Shown: positions 61,977-64,000 of the stretch, piece by piece | Position numbering within the stretch: the first letter of the stretch is position 1 | Layout: each line of letters starts with the position of its first letter | NCBI GenBank assembly: GCA_002269645.1 | Contig: NIVC01002956.1 | Location: 1-64,000, forward strand | Reading direction: 5' to 3' | Source: Macrostomum lignano | Taxonomy: Eukaryota | DNA: 64,000 bases | The notes under the pieces: model-generated | The model's input: the letters and a program-made list of their open reading frames with translations, nothing else | Databases searched by the model: none | Told to the model about the DNA's origin: nothing | Translations under genes and position numbers: made by a program

Positions 61977-63534
61977 ATGAGCTATAGCAACAACAAAAAC
62001 AGCAACAACAGCAACAACTCGGTCGTGTGGTACCCCTTGACCGATGCGGAAATCGATGCGGCCTTCGAAGCTGCCTATGCAGCTGAAGATGCCGACCTGA
62101 TGGCGACTGCAGCCGATCTTGCCGCCACCGAATCAAACCAGCCAACGGCTAACGATGACGAAGAAGACGTCTTCTTCGACGCGGAACTTCTGGCTGCCTG
62201 CAGCGCTGCTGAGGCGGCTGCTACGGCGGCGCCGGAAGTGCTACCTGTCGTGCTCGCGCCAGCGACCCAGGCCGAATCGAACGCAGCCGCGGACGATGAA
62301 TGCGTCATCACGAAGGTGTCAAACGTCGTGGTGCCTTCCAGCAGTGATGAAGATGACTCGTTCAACGAAGGAAGCTCGGTCGCGGCTACTATCAAGCTGG
62401 AACTCTTCGCCGACGAGGAGGCCTTCACCAGTGCCCCGACAGCGCTGCAGCCGAAGCGTCAACGGCTGGAGTCCGCTGCTGCTAACCCATCGGTTGTGCC
62501 GATGTAGCGGCGGCGGCGGCAGCAGCGGCGGCGGCGGCGGCGGCGGCGGCGGTGACGGCGACGAGTCTGGCGATATCGAGGTTGACGAAGATGACGAAGA
62601 CGATGACGAAACTGTCGCGGCGCTGAGCGGCAGCGGCGGTGTCCGCCTTAACGCTGAGGAGGTCCAGCTGCGCAATCGGTTTGCGCTGCATGCCACGGTA
62701 CAACATCCTCTGCGCATCCAGCCATGGTGCGGCCTTCGCCTGGCCTATTTGGAGCCAAACAGCATCTATAGGCGGGACAATGATAGGCTTTGCCACAAGA
62801 AACGCCAGTCTGTCGGTTGCAGCGTGCTCTGTCTGCCAACTTCTTTTGTCGAGATGCTCCGCAAGTGGCGTCGAGGCGCGAGCTTCGGCAACTGCGCCTA
62901 TGATGACGAGGTCTTTGTATTTTGCACCCGCAATGGCACGCGTATGTCTCCGTCGACATTCAGCCACGCTGTGGAATCCGGAGTAGCTGGCATCCTACAT
63001 CGGGAAGGCGTCGGGCCAACTGTGTTCCGCAGCTCGACGCAGGACGTCGTCATGGCGAACAACCCTGATCTAATACAGCAGATGGCGGCGCTGTATGAGA
63101 CTTCGACAACCATGATTATGCGACACTACGCACCGAACGCTGTGCTCGCCAGTCGTACAGAAATGCAGGTCACCGTCAGCGGAATGATTGAGCAGCGGGC
63201 AGCATCAACGTCCCAGAAGCAGCAGCAGCAGCAGCAGCGGGAGCTGATCGCCGCTCGGGTCTCGCAGGAGCTGCCGACTCAGCAGCGGCAGCAGCCAATG
63301 TCGCAGAAGCGGCAGCAACAGCAGCGGCATTCGGAGGTGGTTGCAGTGCCGCAACTCGCGTCGAAACGGCGGGCTGCTGTGGACGCCACGCGCTCCTTGT
63401 TGCTGTCCAGTGCAGCGGCGGCGGCTGCGGCGGAGTTCGACTGGTCCGATGCGGCGGCGGCGACGTCCGGCTGCAAAGCCAGACGCAACGGCAGTAAGAA
63501 ACCTAAATTGTGCCGCGTGTCGGCCTCTGTCTAA
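61977..63534 (+). pseudogene. Divergent tyrosine-recombinase-like gene, copy 2: acidic N-terminal ORF (61977-62507) with the YR-like domain in the +1 frame (to 63534)
   Basis: RNRFALHATVQHPLRIQPWCGLRL, CHKK, VFVFCTRNGTRMSPSTFS, GPTVFRSS and LYETSTTMIMRHY are clearly paralogous to copy 1. One extra base near 62505 separates the two frames. Confidence 0.7.
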
Positions 63535-64000
63535 TAAGCGACTTTTTGCGACAGGCATGTGTCTGACCTTTGGAAGCCGTCTCCTTTTATGTATGTGTCG
63601 TTGCTGTTTCTCTCCCTATGTTTCATTGCACGCTCGATGTGACACTGTGGTGGTTGCACTACGCGTGGTGCAGGTTGTGTTTGCTCCCTCTTTGTCTAGA
63701 TAGTTGGCTATTTATTTTGTTGTAACATCCGCGTTCAGCATCATATACCCCTACGCCTATTATCCACACAGGCTATCAGCTATTGACTGATTGTATAGCT
63801 ACAATCTATTGGCCATAAATAGCTGCCAGTCCCCGATTCTTGCTGTTTTTACGCTCTATAGCTAGTGTGTACTTAATTACCACAGGCAGATTTGAAATTG
63901 CTGCTTGGCACCTCCGGTGCCAAGCACAATTTCTTATCTGCCTCGCCTCACCTCAGCCGCCTACTAATTCTAGTTATAGTACACTGTAGTAGTTGTAGTG

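Noticed and set aside
53000-64000. DIRS/Ngaro retrotransposon or prophage as the source of the YR-like genes
   Set aside because: No linked gag, RT or methyltransferase ORF, no split or inverted LTRs, and no phage genes. The nearby RNase H relic is non-LTR type and on the opposite strand.

Overview
This is eukaryotic (animal) genomic DNA, not prokaryotic. GC-rich exons, AT-rich first exons and minisatellite-filled introns resemble a free-living flatworm such as Macrostomum, but that assignment is inference only. The left ~37 kb is gene-dense. I spliced these genes by hand: a class-3 lipase with a PSI-like N-terminus, a Tpt1/KptA-N-lobe + AMN1-like LRR fusion gene, selenoprotein T (in-frame UGA plus a type II SECIS), CWC15, endonuclease IV (APN1-like), a small membrane protein, a 14-exon kinesin-3 (KIF28-like) and cornichon-4. 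The kinesin has an AT-AC U12 intron, a GC-AG intron, a C-terminal CaaX box and a near-intact Gypsy/Mag LTR retrotransposon in intron 7. Most long introns carry their own minisatellite. The right ~27 kb is a transposon graveyard: Merlin, hAT, foldback and P elements (each with TIRs and TSD located by eye), an LTR with a duplicated PBS, a Myb/SANT ORF, an RNase H relic and a Crypton-like end. It also holds two divergent paralogous tyrosine-recombinase-like ORFs with non-canonical catalytic residues. The most novel-looking items are that YR-like pair and the Tpt1-N/LRR fusion. All calls are by eye; no database searches were run.
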